A stretch of 64,000 nt of DNA from an uncultured Ignavibacteria bacterium. Lineage in GTDB: Bacteria; Bacteroidota; Ignavibacteria; Tepidaquicellales; Tepidaquicellaceae. The notes below the pieces were generated by a model, which searched no databases, was not told the DNA's origin, and saw only the letters and a program-made list of their open reading frames with translations. Position numbers and translations under genes: made by a program. This document shows, piece after piece, positions 19,708-28,722 of this stretch (positions within the stretch are counted from its first letter, which is position 1; the number at the start of each line of letters is the position of its first letter). Location: contig CALJIG010000027.1 of assembly GCA_937974175.1 (NCBI GenBank), positions 8,809 through 72,808 of the forward strand, written 5' to 3'.

Positions 19708-20085
19708 ATGAATTTAAATCAGGTTACGATTTCAGTAAATGATTTTGATACCTCATTTGAGTTTTATAAGAAGTTAGGCTTGGTCCCGATTGTAAAGAGC
19801 GAGCACTATGCAAGATTTGTTGTAGAAGGAAACGAAGCAACATTTTCGATTCATAAAAAAGATGAACATTTTTCGGGAACTGTAATTTATTTTGAATGTG
19901 ATAGTTCAGATGAACTTGATGAAAAAGTGAGTGAATTAAAATCGAAAGGATTTGAATTCACAGATGAGCTTGAAAACAAACAATGGCTTTGGAGAGAAAT
20001 ACATTTAAAAGATCATGATGGAAATGTTCTTTGTTTGTATCATGCAGGGGAAAATCGTTTAAACCCTCCATGGAAACTTCAGTAA
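19708..20085 (+). CDS. VOC (glyoxalase/bleomycin-resistance/dioxygenase) family protein
   Basis: 125 aa. Contains NQVTISVNDFDTSFEFYKKLGL and the tail ..LKDHDGNVLCLY. Confidence 0.7.
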   Translation: MNLNQVTISVNDFDTSFEFYKKLGLVPIVKSEHYARFVVEGNEATFSIHKKDEHFSGTVIYFECDSSDELDEKVSELKSKGFEFTDELENKQWLWREIHLKDHDGNVLCLYHAGENRLNPPWKLQ

Positions 20086-20117
20086 TATTTAATAAAAAAT
20101 TTTAAAACAACACATAA

Positions 20118-21200
20118 TTGAAAAAAACCACATTCAATAATATTCACAAGAAGCTGGGCGGAAAACTTGTTGAGTTTGCAGGATATGAAATGCCAATTCA
20201 GTACGAAGGCATTATTGCAGAGCATAAAGCCGTACGTGATTCAGTCGGTGTTTTTGATGTATCTCACATGGGCGAAGTTGAAGTAAGAGGTAAAGATGCA
20301 TTTGCATTTGTTCAGAAGCTTACAACTAACGATGTATCCAAACTTGAAAAAGGTAAGGTTCAGTATTCTTCAATGTGTCTTGAGAACGGCGGAGTAATAG
20401 ACGATTTGCTTGTTTATCACTGCGGAGATTATTTTATGCTGGTAATCAATGCATCAAATATTGAAAAAGATCTGGAGTGGATGTCAAAAAATACTTTCGG
20501 AGATGTTGAGTTAAAAAATGTGTCCGATGAAGTTTCGTTGCTTGCAATACAGGGAAAGAACTCTTTGCCGACATTGCAAAAATTAACAGATACAGATTTA
20601 TCAAAGATTGAATATTATAATTTTGAGTTCGGAAAGATTGCAGGAATTGATTGCATAATTTCTCACACAGGGTATACCGGAGAAAAAATCTGCTTTGAGA
20701 TTTACTCAAAGACTGATGTAGCTCAATCCGAAAAATTATGGAATGAAATATTTAAAGCAGGCGAGGAGTTTAATATTAAGCCAATCGGACTTGGCGCAAG
20801 AGATACATTGAGACTTGAGTATGCGTTCAGATTATACGGAAACGATATGGATGAAAATTACAATCCGCTTGAAGCAGGACTTGGCTGGATAACCAAACTT
20901 GATAAAGGCGAATTCAACGGACGCGAAGCTATGCAGAAATGTAAAGCGGAAGGACTGAAGAAAAAGCTTGTGGGATTTATAGTAGACGATAGAATGGTTG
21001 CAAGACACGGAGCTGAAGTTTATTCGGGCGATGAAAAAATTGGAGTTGTAACAAGCGGGAGCATGTCACCTATGCTTTCAAAAAATATCGGACTTGCATA
21101 CATAAATGAAGGTCATAATAAAATCGGAACCCTTATAGAAATTTTAATACGCGATAAGAAGATAAAAGCTACTATCGTAAAAACACCATTTTTAAATTGA
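20118..21200 (+). CDS. gcvT: Glycine cleavage system aminomethyltransferase (T protein)
   Basis: 360 aa. Contains FAGYEMPIQYEG..EHKAVR..GVFDVSHMGE and ..GLGARDTLRLE.. motifs. TTG start. Confidence 0.9.
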   Translation: MKKTTFNNIHKKLGGKLVEFAGYEMPIQYEGIIAEHKAVRDSVGVFDVSHMGEVEVRGKDAFAFVQKLTTNDVSKLEKGKVQYSSMCLENGGVIDDLLVYHCGDYFMLVINASNIEKDLEWMSKNTFGDVELKNVSDEVSLLAIQGKNSLPTLQKLTDTDLSKIEYYNFEFGKIAGIDCIISHTGYTGEKICFEIYSKTDVAQSEKLWNEIFKAGEEFNIKPIGLGARDTLRLEYAFRLYGNDMDENYNPLEAGLGWITKLDKGEFNGREAMQKCKAEGLKKKLVGFIVDDRMVARHGAEVYSGDEKIGVVTSGSMSPMLSKNIGLAYINEGHNKIGTLIEILIRDKKIKATIVKTPFLN

Positions 21201-21242
21201 TTCAAATTAACCCAAAACAAAACTAAAAAGTTTTTTAATTAG

Positions 21243-22085
21243 ATGATAAATATCACAGTATATCTTACTCATTCACTGGTCACAGATGAACTGACTTTGA
21301 AAGGCAAAAATGTAATTGTAATAGATGCATTGCGCGCAACATCTACAATACCGGCAGCGCTTACAAACGGCGCTAAGGAAGTTATACCTACGGAAAATGC
21401 TGCAACGGCAGTGCGGGTTGCAAAAGGCTCGGCAAATGCTTTGCTATGTGGTGAGCGCGGCGGAAAAATTATTGAAGGGTTTAATCTTGGTAACTCGCCA
21501 TTGGAATATACACCTGAAGTTATAAAAGATAAGTCGCTTGTTTTTTCTACCACGAACGGGACAGTTTCAATTTCAAAAGCAAAATATTCTAAGAACTGCA
21601 TCATTGCAAGCTTTGTAAATCTTAAAGCAATAGTTGAATATTTAAAAGAGCTTAACGAAGATTTTGTAATTATCTGTTCAGGCAAACTGAATAACTTCTG
21701 CATAGAAGATGCAGTCTGCGCCGGAATGATCATCAATAAGCTAATAGATAAGAACGAAGAAAATTATTTTTTAAGTGACCCTGAAAACGCAGTTGTAAAT
21801 CTTGCAAAGTCATTTGCCTATGAGAAGAGTAAAATCTCCTCAACAAAAGTTTTGAACATGATGAAGCTTTCCGAGCACGGAAAATATTTAGTTGAGCTGG
21901 GATTTGAAAACGATTTAGTATTCTGCTCTACAATAGACAGCATTCCAAGTATTCCTATGTTAAAAGGCGGAATAATAAAGCTGAAAGAGCAGTTCGAAGG
22001 CGAATCGAATCAAAAAGCTCAGATGAAAAAATTAAGCCTTACAACGGATAAAGAAGAAGTCAGTACAACAAAAGATGTTGCCTGA
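21243..22085 (+). CDS. comB: 2-phosphosulfolactate phosphatase family protein
   Basis: VIVIDALRATSTI, CGERGG and GNSP motifs of the ComB family. It has a C-terminal extension of about 40 aa. Confidence 0.75.
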   Translation: MINITVYLTHSLVTDELTLKGKNVIVIDALRATSTIPAALTNGAKEVIPTENAATAVRVAKGSANALLCGERGGKIIEGFNLGNSPLEYTPEVIKDKSLVFSTTNGTVSISKAKYSKNCIIASFVNLKAIVEYLKELNEDFVIICSGKLNNFCIEDAVCAGMIINKLIDKNEENYFLSDPENAVVNLAKSFAYEKSKISSTKVLNMMKLSEHGKYLVELGFENDLVFCSTIDSIPSIPMLKGGIIKLKEQFEGESNQKAQMKKLSLTTDKEEVSTTKDVA

Positions 22086-22139
22086 TAAAGAATAGAAATA
22101 CGGAAACAAAAGAACAGATAAAAATAAAAGGTAAGCATC

Positions 22140-24761
22140 ATGGCACGCACTGCGAAAATAAAAGCAAAAGAAACCCGTCGCTCTAAACCACAGAAAGAGG
22201 ACTTTGAAATCTCTGCCGACGCTAAAAAGCAGATGCTGGGATTTTTATTAATTGTCCTTAGCGTTTTACTTTTTCTTTCGCTTGTAACTTTCTCACCCAA
22301 AGATTCTACATTAATAGATACATTCGAGTTAAGGAAATTATTCAATTTTAAAAATGCCGAGCAATGCTATAACTGGCTTGGCATCGGCGGCGCTTATGTA
22401 TCCGCCTTTTTCATCAGAGATTTCTTCGGCTACTATTCAATTTTTATTCCCGTAATTTTGTTTGCAATCGGCTTTCCTCTCCTATGGAAAAAACCCTTAG
22501 GGCGTTATATTCAGTTCAGCATCTTTGCATTTTTTATGATGGTGATATTGGGAATATCTACCGGAATTTTAAAAATTATTGCCGGGACGAATACAGGCTT
22601 TCTTCAGTATGCAGGCGGCGCAGGCGATACGTGGGCAACAATTTTTTACAAGATACTCGGCGGATTCGGAGCATCAGTTGTATTTATACTTTTATTTGTG
22701 CTCGATGCATTTTTAATGATAGACGGAAGCATTGTAAAAACTCTTGCCCGTATAAAATTATTATTTTTAAGATTTATTGAAAGCTTTAAGAAGCATGAAG
22801 AAGTACTATCAAATAAACAGATAGAAAAAGAAGCCGAACGAAAAGCAGTTGAAGACGATAAAATAAAATTAGGATTTATACCGGCTGAACAAGACCCGAT
22901 AAAAGCGGAGAAAGACAGAATTAAAAAATTGCGCGGAGCAAAAACGCTGCCTGTTCAGGAGATTGATTTAATTAAAGAGACTGAAATTAATCGTCCGAAA
23001 GAAATTGAATCTGCATTTATAAATCTTGAAAGAGACCCTTTTGAAGTTATTCCGAAAGATGGAATTAAACCTGAATTAAATGATGAAATAAAAGAAGAGC
23101 CTAAGCTAAAACAAAAAGTAAAATCAGAAAGGCTGAAGAAGAAGGAAGCGCCTAACTTTGAAGACGCATTTGTCGGTACGGAAATAAATAAAGGTGATAA
23201 AACTGAAATTGATATAAATCCCGAAAACTCAAATGAGCTTGAAGGACTTATGGGAAAAGACGAAGATGATTTTATAGAAGAAAAGCTTGAAGGATATAAA
23301 TTCCCGGGTATCGATTTATTAATCGAGCAGACAAAGGAAGAGCTTGAAGTAATTCCCGATGAAGAATTAACCGGCAACGGAAGATTATTACAGGAAAAGT
23401 TATTAAAGTTCGGAATTGAAATTGAAAAAGTATTCGCGACTCCCGGACCGGTTGTTACTTTATATGAACTTGTACCGGCTGCCGATGTAAAACTTTCCAA
23501 AATAGAATCATTACAGGATGATATTGCCCTTGCCATGAAGGCGAAGGGAATAAGATTAATTATTCCTATTCCGGGCAAAGGAACTGTCGGTGTTGAAATC
23601 CCGAACCGCAAAGCGCAGATGGTGAGAATACGCTCGCTTGTTTCATCGCAGAGATATGCTTCAACAGATAAGCTTCTTCCGATTGCTATGGGTAAAACTA
23701 TAGACGGCGAAGTGTTTATTGATGATCTTGCAAAAATGCCGCACGTATTGATTGCCGGAGCAACAGGCTCGGGTAAGTCAGTTGGTATTAATACAATTAT
23801 TGCAAGTTTGATTTACAAAATGCATCCTTCGGATTTAAAGTTTGTGATGATTGACCCGAAGAAAATTGAGCTTAACTTATACTCTAAATTAAAGAAGCAT
23901 TATCTTGCTTCTTCCAGTGATATTAATGAAAGCATTGTTACAAGTCCGCAGAATGCAGTGAGCATTTTAAAAAGCCTTACTGTAGAAATGGATAACCGAT
24001 ATGATAAACTTGCCAATGCAGGAGTACGAAACATCGAAGCTTACAATGTAAAGTATAAAGAAGGAAAGCTTACAAGTAATGAGTTTATACGACATAAAAA
24101 AATGCCGTACATAGTTGTTATAATCGATGAGCTTGCCGACCTTATGATTACCGCTAAAAAAGATATTGAAGAGCCTATTGCACGTCTTGCGCAGATGGCG
24201 AGAGCTGTTGGTATTCACTTAGTCGTTGCAACGCAGAGACCATCGACTGACGTTATTACCGGTGTTATTAAAGCAAACTTCCCTGTGAGAATTGCATATC
24301 AGGTTGCTTCGCAGATTGATTCACGAACTATTATGGATATGAAAGGCGCTGAGCAGCTGCTGAGAAACGGAGACATGCTTTACATGTCATCTTCATCACA
24401 GAAGCCGATTAGAATTCAGAACGCATTTATCTCCACTGAAGAGTGCGAGCTTATAGCAGAGTTTGTTGATGCGCAGGTCGGGTTTAAAAAACCTTATTTA
24501 CTTCCTTCACTTATAGAGAGAAGAACATTTAACGGCGAAGATGAAGAGAGAGATGAATTGTTTGAAGAAGCAGCAAGACTTGTTGTGAAGCTCGGACAGT
24601 GTTCGACATCTACATTGCAAAGAAGGCTGAAGCTCGGGTATGCAAGAGCAGCACGCATTGTTGACCAGATGGAAACTGCAGGAATTGTCGGCAGCGGCAA
24701 CGGCGCCAAAGGCAGAGAGATACTTGTCGGTGAAGAGGATTTAGAAGGAATATTTTATTAA
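22140..24761 (+). CDS. ftsK: DNA translocase FtsK/SpoIIIE
   Basis: N-terminal TM helices and a Glu/Lys-rich linker. Walker A GATGSGKSV and Walker B VVIIDELADL. Also VATQRPS and the C-terminal gamma wHTH (STSTLQRRLKLGYARAARI). Confidence 0.95.
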   Translation: MARTAKIKAKETRRSKPQKEDFEISADAKKQMLGFLLIVLSVLLFLSLVTFSPKDSTLIDTFELRKLFNFKNAEQCYNWLGIGGAYVSAFFIRDFFGYYSIFIPVILFAIGFPLLWKKPLGRYIQFSIFAFFMMVILGISTGILKIIAGTNTGFLQYAGGAGDTWATIFYKILGGFGASVVFILLFVLDAFLMIDGSIVKTLARIKLLFLRFIESFKKHEEVLSNKQIEKEAERKAVEDDKIKLGFIPAEQDPIKAEKDRIKKLRGAKTLPVQEIDLIKETEINRPKEIESAFINLERDPFEVIPKDGIKPELNDEIKEEPKLKQKVKSERLKKKEAPNFEDAFVGTEINKGDKTEIDINPENSNELEGLMGKDEDDFIEEKLEGYKFPGIDLLIEQTKEELEVIPDEELTGNGRLLQEKLLKFGIEIEKVFATPGPVVTLYELVPAADVKLSKIESLQDDIALAMKAKGIRLIIPIPGKGTVGVEIPNRKAQMVRIRSLVSSQRYASTDKLLPIAMGKTIDGEVFIDDLAKMPHVLIAGATGSGKSVGINTIIASLIYKMHPSDLKFVMIDPKKIELNLYSKLKKHYLASSSDINESIVTSPQNAVSILKSLTVEMDNRYDKLANAGVRNIEAYNVKYKEGKLTSNEFIRHKKMPYIVVIIDELADLMITAKKDIEEPIARLAQMARAVGIHLVVATQRPSTDVITGVIKANFPVRIAYQVASQIDSRTIMDMKGAEQLLRNGDMLYMSSSSQKPIRIQNAFISTEECELIAEFVDAQVGFKKPYLLPSLIERRTFNGEDEERDELFEEAARLVVKLGQCSTSTLQRRLKLGYARAARIVDQMETAGIVGSGNGAKGREILVGEEDLEGIFY

Positions 24762-24777
24762 AATCTAACTTATAATT

Positions 24778-25419
24778 ATGGCAAATGAAGATATTAAGTA
24801 TTTAACAGACGAAGTAGCTGGACTCTTAAATTATATTCGTAATTTAATTTTAAACAAACAATTTGATTTCAATAATAAGCAACAAAGGCAAAAATGGGAT
24901 GAAATGGTAGATAAAGCTTTTGAGTTACATAAGTTAGTTAATCCTAAGCATAGTAAAACAATGTTAAGGAATCGAGGTGTTGATCCTAATACTCGCGAAT
25001 TTTATAATCATATTCATCCTATTGAAGATTTATTAGCTATTATTGCTAATCCTAATATTAATGATATTCCAGAAGATAAAACTCTAGGTACTGAATTTTC
25101 CATTAAAATATTTTCCCGACGTTGGAATCATGAAGATGTTTATAAATTTTTAAGAACATTTAATGGATGGTCAATTTCTAATTTAAGTGGAAAAGTCCAA
25201 TGTGATAAAAAAGGCTATCCTGCTCTCTATATCATGTTAAACCATGATTCAATAAACTATCCTGAATCGTTACCAAATTATTTGGAATGGTTATGGGATC
25301 AAGCTCAGGAAATAGGGTTGGATTATAACCAAGTTCAGGAAGAACTAAGTAGATTAGCGGATTGGATAAATATATGTGAAAAAAACTCTCCTAAAGGAAT
25401 TTTTGAGGATTATAAATAA
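24778..25419 (+). CDS. Hypothetical protein, no recognisable family (first gene of the post-ftsK cassette)
   Basis: 213-aa ORF with an ATG start 16 nt after the ftsK stop. No TM segment or signal peptide. Its stop overlaps the next start (TAATG at 25417-25421). G+C is lower than in the flanks. Confidence 0.6.
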   Translation: MANEDIKYLTDEVAGLLNYIRNLILNKQFDFNNKQQRQKWDEMVDKAFELHKLVNPKHSKTMLRNRGVDPNTREFYNHIHPIEDLLAIIANPNINDIPEDKTLGTEFSIKIFSRRWNHEDVYKFLRTFNGWSISNLSGKVQCDKKGYPALYIMLNHDSINYPESLPNYLEWLWDQAQEIGLDYNQVQEELSRLADWINICEKNSPKGIFEDYK

Positions 25420-26228
25420 TGGACATTAAGAAAATTGAACATATTCCAGAAATTGAAAACTTAAAGATAAAAGGTGCAGAAGAAATTGAAGATTCAAAAA
25501 GGGAAGAAGATGCTAAAAAAATTGAAATTGTTCCTAATCAGGGTGTAGTTACTATTTTAGATATTTTAGGATGGAAAGGAATTTGGCAAAGGAACAAAAA
25601 TGCTCTTCAAGATTTAGACGATCTTGTAAATGAAATAGAAACCTTTGCTTCAAGTTCATCTAAACTTTTTCGAAATTTCCAAAAGTTTGGTGTTGAGGAT
25701 AATATTACGAAAGTAATGGTTATTTCTGATACTATAGTAATAACTACTAGTGCTGAAGAAAATGATTCTAATAATGCTCTTGATTTACATGGACTTATAT
25801 GTAAAGATGCAATCCCTTATTCTATTATGAAAGGAATTCCTGTTAGAGGTGCAACATGTTATGGTGAATTTGCAACAGGAAAAGGAATAAATAGTTTTGT
25901 GGGAAAAGCAGTGGATGAAGCTGCCTCATGGCATGAAACAACAGATTGGATTGGGGTAATAATGACACCTTCAGCTAAATATTCATATCATACTCCTACA
26001 GAAGATTATTGGAAAGAAACCGACCCGCCGTTTAAGAATAATCTGAAATTTTCGACATATGGCGTAAATTGGATTAATCAAGAAGATTTATCTCTACAAG
26101 AAATTTTAAAAGCATTTATTAATTTAAGTCCAATTATTCCGGACATTGTAAATAAATTTGAAAATACAATAAAATTTATTACACCAGAAAAATCAGCAAC
26201 ACATAAAAAAAATATTTTGCCTGAATAA
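25419..26228 (+). CDS. Hypothetical protein with a class-III nucleotidyl-cyclase-like (palm-fold) motif pattern
   Basis: 269 aa with an acidic N-terminal tail. Motifs in order: VVTILDILGWKG, about 55 aa, VMVISDTIVITT, PVRGATCYGEF, FVGKAVDEAASW. Coding status is more certain than the fold assignment. Confidence 0.55.
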   Translation: MDIKKIEHIPEIENLKIKGAEEIEDSKREEDAKKIEIVPNQGVVTILDILGWKGIWQRNKNALQDLDDLVNEIETFASSSSKLFRNFQKFGVEDNITKVMVISDTIVITTSAEENDSNNALDLHGLICKDAIPYSIMKGIPVRGATCYGEFATGKGINSFVGKAVDEAASWHETTDWIGVIMTPSAKYSYHTPTEDYWKETDPPFKNNLKFSTYGVNWINQEDLSLQEILKAFINLSPIIPDIVNKFENTIKFITPEKSATHKKNILPE

Positions 26229-26230
26229 AT

Positions 26231-26986
26231 TTGCCTAACCTCACTTCCATATTATCCTCAATAGATTCTCTTAAATCACGGCTTTATAAAGTTCGTCCGC
26301 TAGATTCTACCCAATTAAAAAAAATAAACGAAGCGATTTTTTTAGAGTACACTTACGATAGCAACCGCATTGAAGGAAATACTTTAACTTTACAGGAAAC
26401 TGCGTTAATTGTTCAGAAGGGAATCACTATATCAGGAAAAAATTTAACGGAGCATCTTGAGGCGATTAATCATTATGAGGCTGTTGAATATATACAGAAA
26501 ATTGTCGCAGACAAAATAGAATTATCGGACAGAATTTTGAAAGATATTCATGCTTTAGTGCTACGGAGCATTGATAAAGATAATGCAGGTAAGTATAGAA
26601 ATGTGAATGTGAAAATCGCGGGCAGCAGATTTATGCCGGCGGACTCTGTGAAAGTAATTGATGAAATGGAAAATTATTTTAAGTGGTATAGTGAAAACAA
26701 AGATAAACTCCACCCTGTTATACTTTCTGCTGAAATGCATGAGCGTCTTGTGACGATTCACCCATTTATTGACGGCAACGGAAGAACGGCAAGGCTGGTT
26801 ATGAATCTGATTTTATTACAAAACGGATTTACAATTGCGAACATAATAGGCTCGAATGAGAATCGTTTGAAATATTACAATGCGCTCGAGAAGTGTCAGG
26901 TGGAAAATATCTGCGAAGATTTTCATGTATTGGTAGCAGAGACTGTGGAAAATTCGTTGCATGAATATTTGAAGATTGCAGAATAA
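26231..26986 (+). CDS. Fic-family AMPylase (class II, with N-terminal autoinhibitory helix)
   Basis: Canonical Fic motif HPFIDGNGRTAR (26759-26794 region). Inhibitory [ST]xxxE[GN] motif SNRIEG (26360-26377). TTG start 2 nt after the upstream stop. Confidence 0.9.
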   Translation: MPNLTSILSSIDSLKSRLYKVRPLDSTQLKKINEAIFLEYTYDSNRIEGNTLTLQETALIVQKGITISGKNLTEHLEAINHYEAVEYIQKIVADKIELSDRILKDIHALVLRSIDKDNAGKYRNVNVKIAGSRFMPADSVKVIDEMENYFKWYSENKDKLHPVILSAEMHERLVTIHPFIDGNGRTARLVMNLILLQNGFTIANIIGSNENRLKYYNALEKCQVENICEDFHVLVAETVENSLHEYLKIAE

Positions 26987-27054
26987 TAGTTAGGTTTATG
27001 CTTTTCCCATTTCATTTTTAAAACCCACTACGTAGATTTACTTATACAATATAG

Positions 27055-27573
27055 TTGAGAAAATTAATCCCAATAATATTACTTACAGTATTCTTTTTTA
27101 ATTTCTCCGGATATCTCTATTTCTTTTATGTAAGCAAGATGGAGATAAATGAAGAAATGAGAGAGATAATCGAAAACGGAATAGAGTTTGAAAAAATAAC
27201 TCTGCATTTAAGCGATTATAAAAAATACATGATTGAAGAGCACGAACTTTTTCTTCACAATAAGCTTTATGATGTTTCAAGAGTAGAAATTGAAGGTGAC
27301 AGCATAATTTTTTATTGCGTTCACGATGAAAAAGAGCAGGATTTATTGGCTTCGCTTGATGTAATATTTGGCATGGGGGAAGAAAACACAAACAACTATA
27401 ATTCAGACTCAGAGCTTTTAAATTTTTTATACATTTCCAGTATAATAAATCAGCAAAACTCGCTGATTAAAAATACAATCTACCTCGCATCCATAAAGGA
27501 ATTTACACTTTTTTTACAATCACAATCTATAACACCAAATACACAACCGCCTAAGCATAATCTATTCACTTAG
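27055..27573 (+). CDS. Small single-pass membrane protein (paralogue of 28723..29277), upstream partner of a TonB-dependent receptor
   Basis: N-terminal TM helix with FNFSGYLYFFYV. Shared blocks EKITLH, GDSIIFYCVHDEKEQDL and the Pro-rich tail PNTQPPKH. TTG start. Confidence 0.6.
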   Translation: MRKLIPIILLTVFFFNFSGYLYFFYVSKMEINEEMREIIENGIEFEKITLHLSDYKKYMIEEHELFLHNKLYDVSRVEIEGDSIIFYCVHDEKEQDLLASLDVIFGMGEENTNNYNSDSELLNFLYISSIINQQNSLIKNTIYLASIKEFTLFLQSQSITPNTQPPKHNLFT

Positions 27574-27616
27574 TTAATCTGTTCTAAAATTTTCTTTAAT
27601 CATTAAAATTTATTTT

Positions 27617-28591
27617 ATCAAAAGAATAATATTTCTTTGCGCAATATTATTCTTGTGCGTTGATTATTGATTTTCGCAAACTGAAAAAGATTCAGTAAAG
27701 TATGAAACGGACAACATATTCATTTCGGGTACACGTACCGAACAAAAACTTATTGATATACCTTATCCTGTAAATCTTATAAATAAAGATGACTTTAAAT
27801 ATTCACGAAACCTCGGAATTAATGACGTACTTTCAACAACGCCGGGGCTCTTCATGCAGTCAAGATACGGAAATCACGATGTCAGAATTTCTATTAGAGG
27901 ATTCGGCAGCCGCTCTAATACAGGCATTCGCGGAGTCAGAATGTTACTCGACGGAATACCGGAATCCGAGCCCGACGGGCAAACAAGAATAGAGGCAATC
28001 GACTTTAATGCTTTAGGCAGCATTGAAGTTACCGGAGGAAATGCTTCAGCATTATATACAAACGCGCAGGGCGGAGTAATCAATTTTATTTCAAATATTA
28101 AATTTTATAAACCACTTGTATGGTCGTTTAATGAATTTGGCGAATTCGCCGAATTTGGAATGAGAAAGAACAGCTTGAAATTTGGAGCTGCTGCTGACAA
28201 ATTACGATTCATGTCGACATTCACTTATTCGAACTATAAAGATTATCGTGAGCACAGTGAGGAGTACCAAAAGATGTTTAACTCGGTACTGGAAACGGAA
28301 GTAGGGTCTGTCTCAACCTTATCTGTGCTCACTAATTTTGTCAGCGGCGCAATCCGTTTGCCCGGCTCATTAAATCTATCACAATTTGAAACAAACCCCA
28401 AACAGGCAAATACTTCCGATAAAGGAAGAGATGCCAAACGCGATTCAAGGAAAGGCAGACTTGCAGTGAGATTTAACTCAACGTTCTGAAAAAGCCTTAA
28501 CAATGAAATTGAAGGAACGTGATATGTGACTATTAAAGACTTCGACAGGACAGCCCGCACATACAGATTATTCGCAAGATACGGTGTATGA
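27617..28591 (+). pseudogene. Decayed 5' fragment (signal peptide, plug, first barrel strands) of a TonB-dependent receptor paralogous to 29450..31576
   Basis: Colinear with the first ~320 codons of the intact copy. Lesions: start codon ATG->ATC (27617-27619), and in-frame TGA at 27668-27670, 28487-28489 and 28520-28522. Homology ends at TGA 28589-28591, so the remaining ~390 codons are missing. Confidence 0.85.
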
Positions 28592-28722
28592 AATTTACTT
28601 TTGCATGCATAATTAAAAAACTTACCTTTCAGGAATTTTTAAAAATGTTTTATCTGTTTTAGAATAGCTTACATAATAAAACAGCAGACTTTAAATTTTA
28701 TTACTTTCATTTAAAATAATTC

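Noticed and set aside
21269-21736. 155-aa minus-strand ORF, plus the 66-aa plus-strand ORF at 21325-21525
   Set aside because: Both are embedded in the comB-family gene, which has clear family motifs. The alternative frames carry no motifs.
22955-23611. 218-aa minus-strand ORF inside ftsK
   Set aside because: It is a Ser/Ile/Phe-rich low-complexity translation that is simply the antisense reading of the Glu/Lys-rich FtsK linker. It lies fully inside a confidently assigned gene.
27789-28560. ORFs 27789-27992, 27854-28489 (211 aa), 27874-28083 and 28243-28560 treated as independent genes
   Set aside because: The 211-aa ORF is an internal piece of the decayed TonB-receptor pseudogene. It has no signal peptide, starts at an internal Met and ends at a GGA->TGA lesion. 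The other ORFs are overlapping or antisense frames of the same region.
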